From: an uncultured Acidobacteriota bacterium | Lineage (GTDB): Bacteria > Acidobacteriota > Thermoanaerobaculia > UBA5066 > DATFVB01 | Direction of reading: 5' to 3' | Length of the DNA: 64,000 bases | NCBI GenBank assembly: GCA_963773815.1 | Contig: CAVZCI010000020.1 | Coordinates: 74,900 to 138,899 of the forward strand | Part shown: positions 13,843 through 32,020 of the stretch, one piece after another | Layout: each line of letters opens with the position of its first letter | How positions within the stretch are numbered: position 1 is the first letter of the stretch | The notes under the pieces: generated by a model | Told to the model about the DNA's origin: nothing | What the model saw: the letters and a program-made list of their open reading frames with translations, nothing else | The model's database searches: none | Translations under genes and position numbers: made by a program

Positions 13843-13871
13843 ATACTATGAGCCTATGGCTGATCTGTCAA
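13843..13871 (-). promoter_or_regulatory. Sigma70-type promoter of the rpsL-rpsG-fusA-tuf (str) operon
   Basis: The minus strand reads TTGACA (13871..13866), a 17-nt spacer, then TAGTAT (13848..13843). It lies about 165-170 nt upstream of the rpsL ATG and downstream of the rpoC terminator hairpin. Confidence 0.6.
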
Positions 13872-13957
13872 GTAAAAGACGAGATCCCAGCCCCATTCTG
13901 GAGCCCGCTTGCCCCGGCCGGACCTCCGGTCCCGTCCCGAACCCGCCGAAACGCCCG

Positions 13958-13989
13958 AAGAACGAAAGGCCCCGGAATGCTCCGGGGCC
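13958..13989 (-). terminator. Intrinsic-terminator-like hairpin after rpoC
   Basis: On the minus strand, ~30 nt after the rpoC stop: GGCCCCGGA-GCAT-TCCGGGGCC (13989..13968), followed by TTTCGTTCTT. Confidence 0.55.
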
Positions 13990-14017
13990 TCCGAAATCAT
14001 TGAAATGAGGCCGGATT

Positions 14018-18199
<4,182 letters not shown>

Positions 18200-18260
18200 C
18201 AACGTGAGCGTTTCCAATTGCCCACTCCTTTCGAACTCTGTCAAAACCGCCCCGAAACCT

Positions 18261-22505
<4,245 letters not shown>

Positions 22506-22559
22506 GCCGTTACGACTCCTTTTCCACGATTTCCACCGGGGAGGCACACGGGGACCGCC

Positions 22560-22582
22560 GGAGGCGGTCCCCCAAATCCTTC
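22560..22582 (-). promoter_or_regulatory. GC-rich hairpin in the rplL-rpoB spacer (possible attenuator)
   Basis: The minus strand reads GGGGACCGCC-TCCG-GCGGTCCCC, between the rplL stop (22617) and the rpoB ATG (22505). No U-tract follows, so partial termination or processing is only an analogy with rplL-rpoB attenuators in other bacteria. Confidence 0.3.
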
Positions 22583-22616
22583 ATCCGGACAAGAAAACAC
22601 GTCTTCTCGTTTCCGA

Positions 22617-22994
22617 TTACTTGACTTCGACTTTCGCCCCGACTTCCTCGAACTTCTTCTTGATGTTGGCCGCGTCGTCCTTGGAAACCCCTTCCTTAAG
22701 CGTCTGCGGGGCGCCGTCGACCAGGTCCTTGGCTTCCTTGAGCCCGAGGCCCGTCACTTCGCGAACCACCTTGATCGTCTTGATCTTGTCGCCCGCGGCG
22801 GCGAGGACGACGGTGAATTCCGTCTTCTCTTCCTCCGCAGGAGCCGCCGCGGCCGCCGGGGCGGCCGCCGCCGGCATCGCCATCGCCGCTGCCGACACGC
22901 CGAACTTCTCCTCGAGCGACTTGACGAGGGTGTTGAGATCGAGAACCGACATCTTCTCGATCTCCGAAACGAACTGCTCTACGTTCAATGCCAT
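22617..22994 (-). CDS. rplL: 50S ribosomal protein L7/L12
   Basis: ORF 22617..22994 with an Ala-rich hinge ([14 protein letters not shown]) and a C-terminal domain ...[20 protein letters not shown]...GAKVEVK. Confidence 0.95.
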   Translation of the reverse strand: MALNVEQFVSEIEKMSVLDLNTLVKSLEEKFGVSAAAMAMPAAAAPAAAAAPAEEEKTEFTVVLAAAGDKIKTIKVVREVTGLGLKEAKDLVDGAPQTLKEGVSKDDAANIKKKFEEVGAKVEVK

Positions 22995-23012
22995 TGATTT
23001 CTCCTCAAATTC

Positions 23013-23570
23013 TCATTCACCCGACGCGGTTTGCTCCGCGGGGGCGGACTTCCCTTTTTGATCGCTGATCTGCGAAAGCACCACCGCCAGATTCTGGATC
23101 GGACCGTTCAACACCGTGACCAACCGCCGAACCGGTGATTGTAGCATAAAGAGCAGCCTTCCCACCAGCTGCTCGCGGGACGGAAGGTCGGCGATCGCCT
23201 GGATCTGGGCCGCCGGGATCGCCCTTCCTTCGACGACCGCCCCCTTGAACGAGAGCGACGCGTTCGTTTTCGCGAAAGTCGTCAGGATTTTTGCCAGTCC
23301 GACCGGGGAATCCGCGTTGTACGCGACTGCGGTCGGGCCGGCGAAATGGTCGCGAAGCGGTTCGAGGGCCCCCCCCTCGATCGCCCGGATTGCGAGCGTG
23401 TTCTTCACCACGAGGTACGAAGACTTCGAATCGCGAATCTGCTTGCGCAGCTCGGTGACGTCCGGAACCCGGAGCCCGGAGAAACCGAGCACAAACGCGT
23501 TGCTCGCCGCGCCGAGCGAATCGCGAAGCTCTTCGATGGCAGCGTTCTTCTCTTGTTTGTTCACTCTCAA
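23013..23570 (-). CDS. rplJ: 50S ribosomal protein L10
   Basis: ORF 23013..23570, located between rplA and rplL, with ...FVLGFSGLRVPDVTELRKQIR... Confidence 0.9.
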   Translation of the reverse strand: MRVNKQEKNAAIEELRDSLGAASNAFVLGFSGLRVPDVTELRKQIRDSKSSYLVVKNTLAIRAIEGGALEPLRDHFAGPTAVAYNADSPVGLAKILTTFAKTNASLSFKGAVVEGRAIPAAQIQAIADLPSREQLVGRLLFMLQSPVRRLVTVLNGPIQNLAVVLSQISDQKGKSAPAEQTASGE

Positions 23571-23575
23571 TCCCC

Positions 23576-24271
23576 TCAGATCGCTTCCGCGGCGGCCGTG
23601 TCGACTTTGACGCTGGGGCCCATCGTGGAAGAAAGCGAAACGGAGCGGAAATATTTCCCCTTCGCGGCCGCGGGCTTGGCCCGGTGTACCGCGTGGATCA
23701 ACGCTTCCGCGTTTTCCTTCAACTTCTTCTCCTCAAAGGACATTTTCCCCAGCGGGGCGTGAATGATCGCCGTCTTGTCGACGCGGAACTCCAGCTTTCC
23801 GGCCTTGATTTCGGTGACGGCCTTGCCGACGTCGGCCGTGACCGTTCCCGCCTTGGGGTTCGGCATGAGCCCGCGCGGGCCGAGAACCTTTCCGAGACGG
23901 CCGACCGACCGCATCATGTCCGGAGTCGCCACGAGCGCGTCGAAGTCGAGGTAGCCTCCGGCGATCTTCTCCGCCAGATCTTCTCCCCCGACGATGTCGG
24001 CTCCCGCGGCCTCCGCTTCCTTGATCTTCTCGCCCGAGGTGATCACCGCCACGCGCTTGGACTTGCCGAGTCCGTGCGGAAGGATCACCGTCCCGCGGAC
24101 CATCTGGTCCGCGTGCTTCGGGTCCACTCCGAGCAGGATCGACACGTCCAGAGTCTCGTCGAACTTCGCGAATTTGATCTTCTTCGCGAGCGCGATCGCC
24201 TCTTCCAGCCCGTACGGACGGTCCTGGATCTGCGCCTTGGCCGCCTGAAATTTTTTGCCTCTTGAAGCCAT
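23576..24271 (-). CDS. rplA: 50S ribosomal protein L1
   Basis: ORF 23576..24271 with ...[34 protein letters not shown]... Confidence 0.95.
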   Translation of the reverse strand: MASRGKKFQAAKAQIQDRPYGLEEAIALAKKIKFAKFDETLDVSILLGVDPKHADQMVRGTVILPHGLGKSKRVAVITSGEKIKEAEAAGADIVGGEDLAEKIAGGYLDFDALVATPDMMRSVGRLGKVLGPRGLMPNPKAGTVTADVGKAVTEIKAGKLEFRVDKTAIIHAPLGKMSFEEKKLKENAEALIHAVHRAKPAAAKGKYFRSVSLSSTMGPSVKVDTAAAEAI

Positions 24272-24382
24272 AAGATCCTTTCGTCGTGCAATCGATCCCG
24301 TCGCCGGGATCTCCGACTGTCGTTTCGGCCGCCTCCGTTCCCTGGGCGCTGACTCGCCCCGGAGGAGACCGTGAAAACCCCG

Positions 24383-24805
24383 TTAAACGATATCGAGCCC
24401 CATGTTCCGGGCCGTGCCGGAAATTGTCTTGACGGCCGCGGCGAGCGAGCCGGCATTCAGGTCGGGCATTTTCAGGCGGGCGATTTCCTCGACCTGCGCC
24501 TTCGTCACCTTGCCGACCTTGACCTTGTTCGGCGTTCCCGACCCCTTCGGAACACCGGCCGCCTTCAAAAGCAGAACCGGCGCCGGCGGAGTCTTCGTGA
24601 TGAACGTGTAAGACCGGTCCGCGTAGACGGTCAGGACGACCGGAATGATGAGCCCCTTGTCCTTCGCGGTCTTCGCGTTGAAGTTCTTGACGAAGTCCAT
24701 GATGTTGACGCCCGCCGGGCCGAGCGCCGTTCCGACCGGAGGGGCCGGAGTGGCTTCGCCCGCGGGAATCTGAAGCTTGATGTAGCCGGTGATTTTCTTT
24801 GCCAT
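24383..24805 (-). CDS. rplK: 50S ribosomal protein L11
   Basis: ORF 24383..24805 with [43 protein letters not shown]. Confidence 0.95.
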   Translation of the reverse strand: MAKKITGYIKLQIPAGEATPAPPVGTALGPAGVNIMDFVKNFNAKTAKDKGLIIPVVLTVYADRSYTFITKTPPAPVLLLKAAGVPKGSGTPNKVKVGKVTKAQVEEIARLKMPDLNAGSLAAAVKTISGTARNMGLDIV

Positions 24806-24833
24806 GCGCGCGTCTTCCTATCTTCTTCTCGGA

Positions 24834-25382
24834 TTAGATTTTCTGAACCTGAAGGAAATCCAGCTCGACCGGCGTGGCCCGGCCGAAGATCGTGACCATG
24901 ACCTTGAGGGTCGAGCGATCGAGGTTGACGTCCTCGACGACGCCCGTGAAGTTCGTGAACGGGCCGTCGGTGATCCGCACCGTCTCGCCGTGGTCGAAAG
25001 TGTGCCGCGGCTTGGGCTTCTCCTTCGTCGAATGGACCTGGTGGAGGATCTGCTCGACCTCCTCTTCGGTCAGCGGCGTCGGCTCTTTCCCCGATCCGAC
25101 GAACCCGGTGACCTTCGGCGTGTTCTTGACCAGGTGCCAGGCCTCGTCAGACATTTCCATCTCGACGAGGATGTAACCGGGGAAGAACTTGCGGTGGATC
25201 TCCCGCTTCTTGCCGCCCTTCATCTCGACGAGCGTCTCGGTCGGAATGCGGACCTCGCCGAAAGCGGGGCTCATGCCCATCGCCTCGACGCGCTGCAGCA
25301 GGTTCTGCCGCACGCGATCCTCGAAACCCGAGTACGTGTGCACGATGTACCAGCGCTTCTCGCCCGTCGCCGCTCGACTCAT
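24834..25382 (-). CDS. nusG: Transcription termination/antitermination factor NusG
   Basis: ORF 24834..25577 trimmed to ATG 25382 ([24 protein letters not shown]...). KOW region [25 protein letters not shown] overlap with the secE stop. Confidence 0.93.
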   Translation of the reverse strand: MSRAATGEKRWYIVHTYSGFEDRVRQNLLQRVEAMGMSPAFGEVRIPTETLVEMKGGKKREIHRKFFPGYILVEMEMSDEAWHLVKNTPKVTGFVGSGKEPTPLTEEEVEQILHQVHSTKEKPKPRHTFDHGETVRITDGPFTNFTGVVEDVNLDRSTLKVMVTIFGRATPVELDFLQVQKI

Positions 25383-25594
25383 ACGCCGAGCGCCTTGTAA
25401 ACGATCTCGATACCCTTGCCCAGGACGAGGTCGCAGGCGGACAGGTAGAAACCGATGATCAGCGTCGAGACGATCACGACGATCGTCGTGCTGACGACGG
25501 TCTTCCGGTCCGGCCACGTGACCTTCTTGGTTTCCGAGACCACTTCCCGGACGAAGGTTCGCGTGTTCGGCCACCACTGTGAAATCGCTGCCAT
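25379..25594 (-). CDS. secE: Preprotein translocase subunit SecE (71 aa)
   Basis: Tail of ORF 25379..26524 from ATG 25594: [51 protein letters not shown]..., with a single TM helix. Canonical position before nusG. Confidence 0.85.
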   Translation of the reverse strand: MAAISQWWPNTRTFVREVVSETKKVTWPDRKTVVSTTIVVIVSTLIIGFYLSACDLVLGKGIEIVYKALGV

Positions 25595-25615
25595 ATCGTT
25601 CCTATCTCGCTCATT

Positions 25616-25647
25616 CTCGACTCGCGACTCGCGACTCGAGACTCGTT
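25616..25647. repeat. Tandem heptamer repeat (CTCGCGA-like, ~4.5 units)
   Basis: The plus strand reads ctcga ctcgcga ctcgcga ctcgaga ctcgtt, in the spacer between tRNA-Trp and the secE start. Confidence 0.7.
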
Positions 25648-25652
25648 CGGAA

Positions 25653-25729
25653 TGGCAGGGGTGGAGGGATTCGAACCCCCAACATCCGGTTTTGGAGACC
25701 GGCGCTCTACCAATTCGAGCTACACCCCT
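25653..25729 (-). tRNA. tRNA-Trp (anticodon CCA)
   Basis: The minus strand reads AGGGGTG TA GCTC GAATTGGTA GAGC G CCGGT CTCCAAA ACCGG ATGTT GGGGG TTCGAAT CCCTC CACCCCT G CCA. Full cloverleaf, 77 nt, encoded CCA. Confidence 0.92.
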
Positions 25730-25734
25730 CCGGC

Positions 25735-25887
25735 TCAAACCTTGCCTTCCTTGTGCGCCGTGTGCTTCCGGCAGAATCGGCAGTACTTGCTGCGCTCCAA
25801 CTTCTCGGTGTTGGTCTTCTTGTTTTTCGTCGTCGTGTAGTTGCGCCGTTTGCACGCGCTGCACGCGAGAGAAATGATTTCTTGCAT
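25735..25887 (-). CDS. rpmG: 50S ribosomal protein L33 (50 aa; below the ORF-track size cutoff)
   Basis: Hand translation gives [50 protein letters not shown] with CxxC...CxxC. Canonical position between tuf and tRNA-Trp/secE. Confidence 0.9.
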   Translation of the reverse strand: MQEIISLACSACKRRNYTTTKNKKTNTEKLERSKYCRFCRKHTAHKEGKV

Positions 25888-25899
25888 CGTCGCGTCCCC

Positions 25900-27093
<1,194 letters not shown>

Positions 27094-27149
27094 CCTCGTC
27101 CCTCATCATTTTTCAAAACCCGACGCGGGGAATTCCCCGGACCGAGAAC

Positions 27150-27225
<76 letters not shown>

Positions 27226-27262
27226 AAGGAAAACGATTTCAAGACCCCCAGATTCCCAAGTT

Positions 27263-27337
27263 TGGAGCGGGAGACGGGATTCGAACCCGCGACCAACAGC
27301 TTGGAAGGCTGTGACTCTACCCCTGAGTTACTCCCGC
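27263..27337 (-). tRNA. tRNA-Gly (anticodon UCC)
   Basis: The minus strand reads GCGGGAG TA ACTC AGGGGTA GAGT C ACAGC CTTCCAA GCTGT TGGTC GCGGG TTCGAAT CCCGT CTCCCGC T CCA. 75 nt. Confidence 0.92.
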
Positions 27338-27374
27338 GCTTTCCCCGTACTTTCCGCCGCCGCGCCGCCCGAGA

Positions 27375-27461
27375 TGGTGGGCAGTGGAGGATTCGAACCT
27401 CCGTAGCGCGAAGCGCGGCAGATTTACAGTCTGCTGCCATTAACCACTCGGCCAACTGCCC
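27375..27461 (-). tRNA. tRNA-Tyr (anticodon GUA), long variable arm
   Basis: The minus strand reads GGGCAGT...GCAGA CTGTAAA TCTGC CGCGCTTCGCGCTAC GGAGG TTCGAAT CCTCC ACTGCCC A CCA. 87 nt. Confidence 0.9.
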
Positions 27462-27496
27462 TCAGATCCTCGGTTTCCTTCTCCGCCGGAAGCTCG

Positions 27497-27572
27497 TGGA
27501 GCCGACGAGAGGAATTGAACCTCCAACCTTCGGTTTACAAAACCGCTGCTCTGCCGATTGAGCTACGCCGGC
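27497..27572 (-). tRNA. tRNA-Thr (anticodon UGU)
   Basis: The minus strand reads GCCGGCG TA GCTC AATCGGCA GAGC A GCGGT TTTGTAA ACCGA AGGTT GGAGG TTCAATT CCTCT CGTCGGC T CCA. 76 nt. It is first in the classic Thr-Tyr-Gly-Thr-tuf arrangement. Confidence 0.9.
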
Positions 27573-27674
27573 GCGACCCCGCGAACGTTGCCCGCTCTTC
27601 AAAGAACACCCCGGGAAGACTCCAGACACACCCGCCGTGCACACGAATTCTCGCAAACACGGCGCGAACTGTGG

Positions 27675-27703
27675 AGAATACCAGAACGTTTTTAGCGAGG
27701 CAA
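27675..27703 (-). promoter_or_regulatory. Candidate sigma70-type promoter for the tRNA-tuf-rpmG cluster
   Basis: The minus strand reads TTGCCT (27703..27698), 17 nt, then TATTCT (27680..27675). It lies ~100 nt upstream of the first tRNA and overlaps the rlmB stop region. Confidence 0.4.
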
Positions 27704-28432
27704 GAACTTTTCTTCTCTAAAGGATAGCCGCCTCTGGCGCACCGCCTCGAAGGCGGCGGCGGCGGCCGCCGTGGAGACGTTCAGCGAGGCAATCTGCCCC
27801 GCCATCGGAAGGCGCGCGACCACGTCGCACCCCTCCTTCACGAGCCGGCGGATTCCCTTGCCTTCGGCGCCGAGGACGAGTACGAGATCCCCTTTCAAGT
27901 CGAGCGAATAGAGGTCTTCTCCCCTCTCGTCGAGGCCGACGGCGAAGAAGCCCTGGCCCCGCGCGTCGTCGAGGAAGCGCCGCAGGTTTCCGGCCCGAAA
28001 CAGGGGCACGCGCGCGATCGCCCCGGCGGAAACGCGGGCGACCGTCTCGGAAAGGGGCGCCGAGCCCCGGTCGTGCACGACGACCCTCGCCCCGGCCGCG
28101 TCGGCGACCCTCAGAACCGCGCCCAGGTTGTGGGGATCCTGGACGTCGTCGAGAAGGATCACGAACCGCGTACCCGGCTGTCCGGAAAGGACTTCCTCGC
28201 GCGTCGACAGGTCGGCGGCCGCGAGCCGCGCGACGATTCCCTGGTGATTCTTTGCAAACCGATCGAGAGCCGCCCGGGCGCCGTAGCGCACCGCAACGCC
28301 GGCCTCGCGGCACAGGCGTTTCAGCTCGCCGCTGCGCCGGTCGCGCCGCGATTCGTCGAAAAGGGCCCACTCGACGCGTTTCGGGCTCGAACGCACCGCT
28401 TCCTCGACCGCGTGGAACCCGGAGAGAATCAA
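27692..28432 (-). CDS. rlmB: SpoU/TrmH-family rRNA 2'-O-methyltransferase (RlmB-like)
   Basis: C-terminal 246 aa of ORF 27692..28864: [13 protein letters not shown]...[24 protein letters not shown]...[14 protein letters not shown]...[17 protein letters not shown]. Start proposed at TTG 28432..28430 (TTGA overlap with the ispF stop); the start is uncertain. Confidence 0.8.
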   Translation of the reverse strand: MILSGFHAVEEAVRSSPKRVEWALFDESRRDRRSGELKRLCREAGVAVRYGARAALDRFAKNHQGIVARLAAADLSTREEVLSGQPGTRFVILLDDVQDPHNLGAVLRVADAAGARVVVHDRGSAPLSETVARVSAGAIARVPLFRAGNLRRFLDDARGQGFFAVGLDERGEDLYSLDLKGDLVLVLGAEGKGIRRLVKEGCDVVARLPMAGQIASLNVSTAAAAAAFEAVRQRRLSFREEKFLPR

Positions 28433-28919
28433 ACGTTTCCCCCCGGCCCCCCCTCCAACAGCACGACCGCCATCGCCGCGAGCCCTTCGCCGCGGCCGAG
28501 GAATCCCAGCCCGTTCGTCGACGTGCCGCGAACCGACACGCGATCCGGGGGGATCCCGAGGAGCGAAGCGACGCGCCGAGCGATCTCCGCGCGCCGCGAC
28601 GCGATCTTCGGCTCCTCCCCGACGACCGTCGAGTCGACGTTGCCGATCGACCATCCGGCCGCGCGGACCATTTCCACGACGGCCGACAGCATTTCCGCGC
28701 TCTCGCGCCCCCGGCCCTTCGGGTCGCGGTCGGAAAAATCTCGCCGAGGCTTCCGAGGCCGGCGGCGCCAAGCAGCGCGTCGCAGATCGCGTGCAGCAGC
28801 ACGTCGCCGTCGGAGTGCCCCGCGAGCCCGGCGCCCGCTTCCCAGGCAAGCCCGCCGAGCGCAAGGGGACGCCCTTTTTCGAGCGGGTGCGCGTCGAATC
28901 CCAGGCCGACCCGCGTCAT
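28429..28919 (-). pseudogene. ispF: 2-C-methyl-D-erythritol 2,4-cyclodiphosphate synthase, one frameshift as sequenced
   Basis: [63 protein letters not shown] reads from ATG 28919. [43 protein letters not shown]... is in the ORF 28429..28692 frame. Indel near 28730. Confidence 0.88.
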
Positions 28920-29614
28920 TCGGGCTTTCGCCTCCCCCTCTCCACCTGGAGAGGGGGCAGGGGGGTGAGGTTTGCGATCGCCTCCGCGAGGCGCAGGTCT
29001 TCCGGGAACGTGATCTTGAACGCGAGGCGGGACACGGGCACGGCCGCGACGCGGATTCCGATCGCTTCGCAGCGCGAGGCCTCGTCGGTACCGGGAGGGG
29101 CTTCCGAAATCGCCCGCCGCAGGACGTCGCCGCGAAACACCTGGGGCGTCGCCGCCGCCGCGACCTCCTCGCGGTCGAGCGTCCCGATCACCCACTCCCC
29201 GTCCCACTTCTTCAGAGTGTCGGCGACCCGAATGACGGCGATCGCCGCGCCCGTTTCCTCGGCGGCGTCGATGACCGCCTGAACCTCCTCCGGCTCGACG
29301 AACGCCCGCGCCGCGTCGTGGATGACGACGTAGTCGCGCGGCCCCGGCGCGAGGTAGTCCACCCCGATCGCGACGGAATCCGCCCGGGTGCGGCCCCCGG
29401 CGATCACCGGCCAGCGGTGGCGAAGCGCTTCGCCGAATCGCTCTTCCAGGCCCGCCGGGGAAAGAACGACTCCCTTCTCGAACGGGATCGAGGAAAACGC
29501 CCCCAGCGCGAACGAAAGGAGAGGCCGTCCATGGATCGGAACGAGAGCCTTCGAGACGGATCCCCCGAGCCGATCGCCGCGGCCGGCCGCCGGGATCAGA
29601 AGGTGGAGGCTCAA
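28916..29614 (-). CDS. ispD: 2-C-methyl-D-erythritol 4-phosphate cytidylyltransferase
   Basis: Last 232 aa of ORF 28916..29962 from TTG 29614 (overlaps the frr stop): [17 protein letters not shown]...[11 protein letters not shown]...TPQVFR... The C-terminal [18 protein letters not shown] comes from the palindromic element. ATGA overlap with the ispF start. Confidence 0.88.
   Translation of the reverse strand: MSLHLLIPAAGRGDRLGGSVSKALVPIHGRPLLSFALGAFSSIPFEKGVVLSPAGLEERFGEALRHRWPVIAGGRTRADSVAIGVDYLAPGPRDYVVIHDAARAFVEPEEVQAVIDAAEETGAAIAVIRVADTLKKWDGEWVIGTLDREEVAAAATPQVFRGDVLRRAISEAPPGTDEASRCEAIGIRVAAVPVSRLAFKITFPEDLRLAEAIANLTPLPPLQVERGRRKPE
28931..28972 (-). repeat. GC-rich palindromic element, copy A (inside the last ~19 codons of ispD)
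   Basis: The minus strand reads AACCTCACCCCCCTGCCCCCTCTCCAGGTGGAGAGGGGGAGG. Perfect 11-bp stem CCCCCTCTCCA/TGGAGAGGGGG at 28934..28957. It shares its arms with copy B at 35416..35486. Confidence 0.7.
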
Positions 29615-30161
29615 ACCTTCAAAATCTCTTCTTCCTTGGCCTTCACGAGCGCGTCGATCTCCGTGATTTTCTTGTCGGTCAGCTTCTGGACCTCGTCGAG
29701 GCCGCGCTTCTCGTCGTCTTCCGAGATCGCCTTGTCTTTCTTCAGCTTCTTCAGCGTGTCGTTGGCCTCGTGGCGGAAGCGGCGCACCTCGACGCGGACC
29801 TCCTCCGCCAGGTGGTGTCCCTTCTTCACGAAGTCTTTTCGCCGCTCCTCCGTCGGGGGCGGAACGGGGATCCGCACGACCTTGCCGTCGGAGACCGGAT
29901 TCAGGCCGAGGTCCGCTTTTCGGATCGCCTTGTCGATCTCGCCGCACAGGGAAGGGTCCCACGGTGAGCGACGATGAGGCTCGACTCGGGAACGGTCAGG
30001 TTGCACACCTGCTTCAGGGGCGTCTCGACTCCGTAGGAGGAAACCATCACCCCTCGAGCAGCGCCGCGGACGCGCGTCCGGTCGCAGCGTGCCGAGCTGG
30101 TTTTCAGGGCCTCCAGGGCGGCGACCATTTTCTTCTCGACGGCTTGGATTTCGTTTCTCAT
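29611..30161 (-). pseudogene. frr: Ribosome recycling factor, ~4 frame breaks in the N-terminal third as sequenced
   Basis: ORF 29901..30161 gives MRNEIQAVEKKMVAALEALK...SSYGVETPLKQVCNLTVPESSLIVA. ORF 29611..30006 gives PWDPSLCGEIDKAIRKADLGLNPVSDGKVVRIPVPPPTEERRKDFVK...KEEEILKV. The RTGRASAALLEG segment is recoverable only by shifting frames. Confidence 0.88.
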
Positions 30162-30203
30162 GGTTCTCTCGCGGCTCTCATTCTTTCTCGGCTCTCGACC
30201 GGT

Positions 30204-30938
30204 CTAGGCGGGCTCCCCGGCCCGCGCGACGACCTCGTCCACGACGAGCGAGCCGATGTCCGACCCCTCCACGACCCGGCGGATGTTGCCCGCGGTCAGG
30301 AGATTGAAGACCTTGATCGGGATCCGGTTGTCGCGGCACAGCGCGACGCGGCGGCATCCATCACCTTCAGCTCCTTTCGAGCGCCTGGTGGTACGTCACG
30401 ATCGGAAGTAGCGTCGCGTTGCGGGTCGAGCCGGGGTCGCCGTGTAGATGCCGTCGACCGCGTCGCCTTGAGCAGGCGTCTGCGCGGATCTCGTTCGCGC
30501 GCAGCGCCGCCGCCTGTCGGTCGTGAAGAAGGGGTTGCCCGTGCCGCTGACGAAAATGACGACTCGTCCTTTCTCGAGGTGGCGCATCGCGCGGCGGCGG
30601 ATGAACGGCTCGGCGACTGGCGGATGTCGATCGCCGATCACGACGCGCGTGTCGCATCCCGGCTTCTCGAGGGCGTCCTGCAGCGCGAGGCCGTTGATGA
30701 CCGTCGCGAGCATGCCCATGTGGTCGCCGGTCGCGGTCGATGCCGGACGCTGCGGCCGTGACGCCGCGGAAGATGTTGCCGCCGCCGAGGACGAGCGCCG
30801 ACTCCGTGCCGAGGGCGTGGACCTCCGCGATCTCGTCGGCGATCCGCCAGATGCGCTCGGGGTCGATTCCGAACGGGCGGCGCCCATGAGGGCTTCGCCG
30901 GAGACCTTGAGGAGGATTCTTTTGTAGACTGCGCCCAC
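30204..30938 (-). pseudogene. pyrH: UMP kinase, about 10 frame switches as sequenced
   Basis: From GTG 30938, these segments are spread over all three frames: [15 protein letters not shown] / [38 protein letters not shown] / [21 protein letters not shown] / SAID / [36 protein letters not shown] / [13 protein letters not shown] / VDGIYTA / [16 protein letters not shown] / [35 protein letters not shown]. Stop TAG at 30206..30204. Confidence 0.88.
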
Positions 30939-30960
30939 GGGCGGATTGTAATCGAAAAGG

Positions 30961-32014
30961 TCAGGCCGACCGTCGCGACCGCGAGGACATGTCTTTTCGG
31001 CAGCCATCCGTCGCAGCGTCCGCCGACCCGATACTCCATGAGGTCGGACGTCGCCTCGACCTGCTCGACCAACGCGTCTCCTGGCAAGCACGACTGGTCT
31101 GCGCCGCGACTTCGGCCGCGAAGTCGTTCTCGCTTCTTCGCGAGGCCTTCGCCCAGCTTGTAGCGGAGGAACCGCAGGACCCTGCGCTTTCTCGCCGCCG
31201 CGAGCCTTCAGCACCTCGCCGACCGTCTGCTTGTCGTCCCGGACGTAGCGCCTGCTCGAGCAGGCACCGCTGTCCTGGTAGAACTTCTCGACTTTCCCGT
31301 CCGCGATCTTCTCGACGACGGGCGCGGGCTTGTCTCGGTCTAGCCGCGCCTGCGCCTTCGCGATTTCCCGCTCGGCGTCCAGAACGCTCTGCGGGACGTC
31401 TTCGCGGCGCCCGAACCTCGGCTCCGCCGCGGCGACGTGCATCGCGACGTCGCGGGCGAGGTCCGCCGGTGCCGCCCGGTGAAGACCGATCAGGCACGCC
31501 GATCCGGCCGTTCCCGTGGACGCTAGTTCGAAAAGACTTCGCCGTGGCATCCGGTCCACTCGCGAACCGTCGGATCGACATGTTCTCGCTCGATGCGGCC
31601 TTGACGAGGTGCGCGAGCGCCTCGCCGATCGTCGGCGCCTTCCTCCGCCCGGGGACGAGAGCGACTGACGAGAGCCGCCACGTCTCCGTCCGAGGTGTCG
31701 CCAAATCGCGGTAGTGCACCGCGATCCGCTCCGAGAGCTTCTCGACGAGGACCTGGAATTCTTCCGTCTTCGTCGACGAAATCCGTCTCGCAATTGACTT
31801 CGAGCAGCACCGGCCGCCTGCGGATGGATCTTCGCGGAGACGAGACCCTGCCGTCGCGGCCACGGCACCGCCTTCTTCGCGGACCGCGCGAGACCCTTCT
31901 TCGAACGGACTTCGTCGCCGCCTGGCCGCCGTTGTTCCATGGCGGGCCTTGCACCACCATTCCCGCGCCGGTCTGCTGGCGCAGGTCGTTGACCATCTTC
32001 GCGGTGATTTCCAT
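30961..32014 (-). pseudogene. tsf: Elongation factor Ts, many frame switches as sequenced (3' end uncertain)
   Basis: ATG 32014: [19 protein letters not shown]. Then CKA / [22 protein letters not shown] / LVSAKIHP / [12 protein letters not shown] ... [13 protein letters not shown] / [10 protein letters not shown] appear in alternating frames. The first stop in the final frame is TGA at 30963..30961. Confidence 0.8.
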
Positions 32015-32020
32015 CGCGTT

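Noticed and set aside
25616-25647. The heptamer repeat, or the GC-rich palindromes, as a CRISPR array.
   Set aside because: The units are 7 nt with no spacers. The palindromic elements are dispersed single copies tens of kb apart. There are no cas genes.
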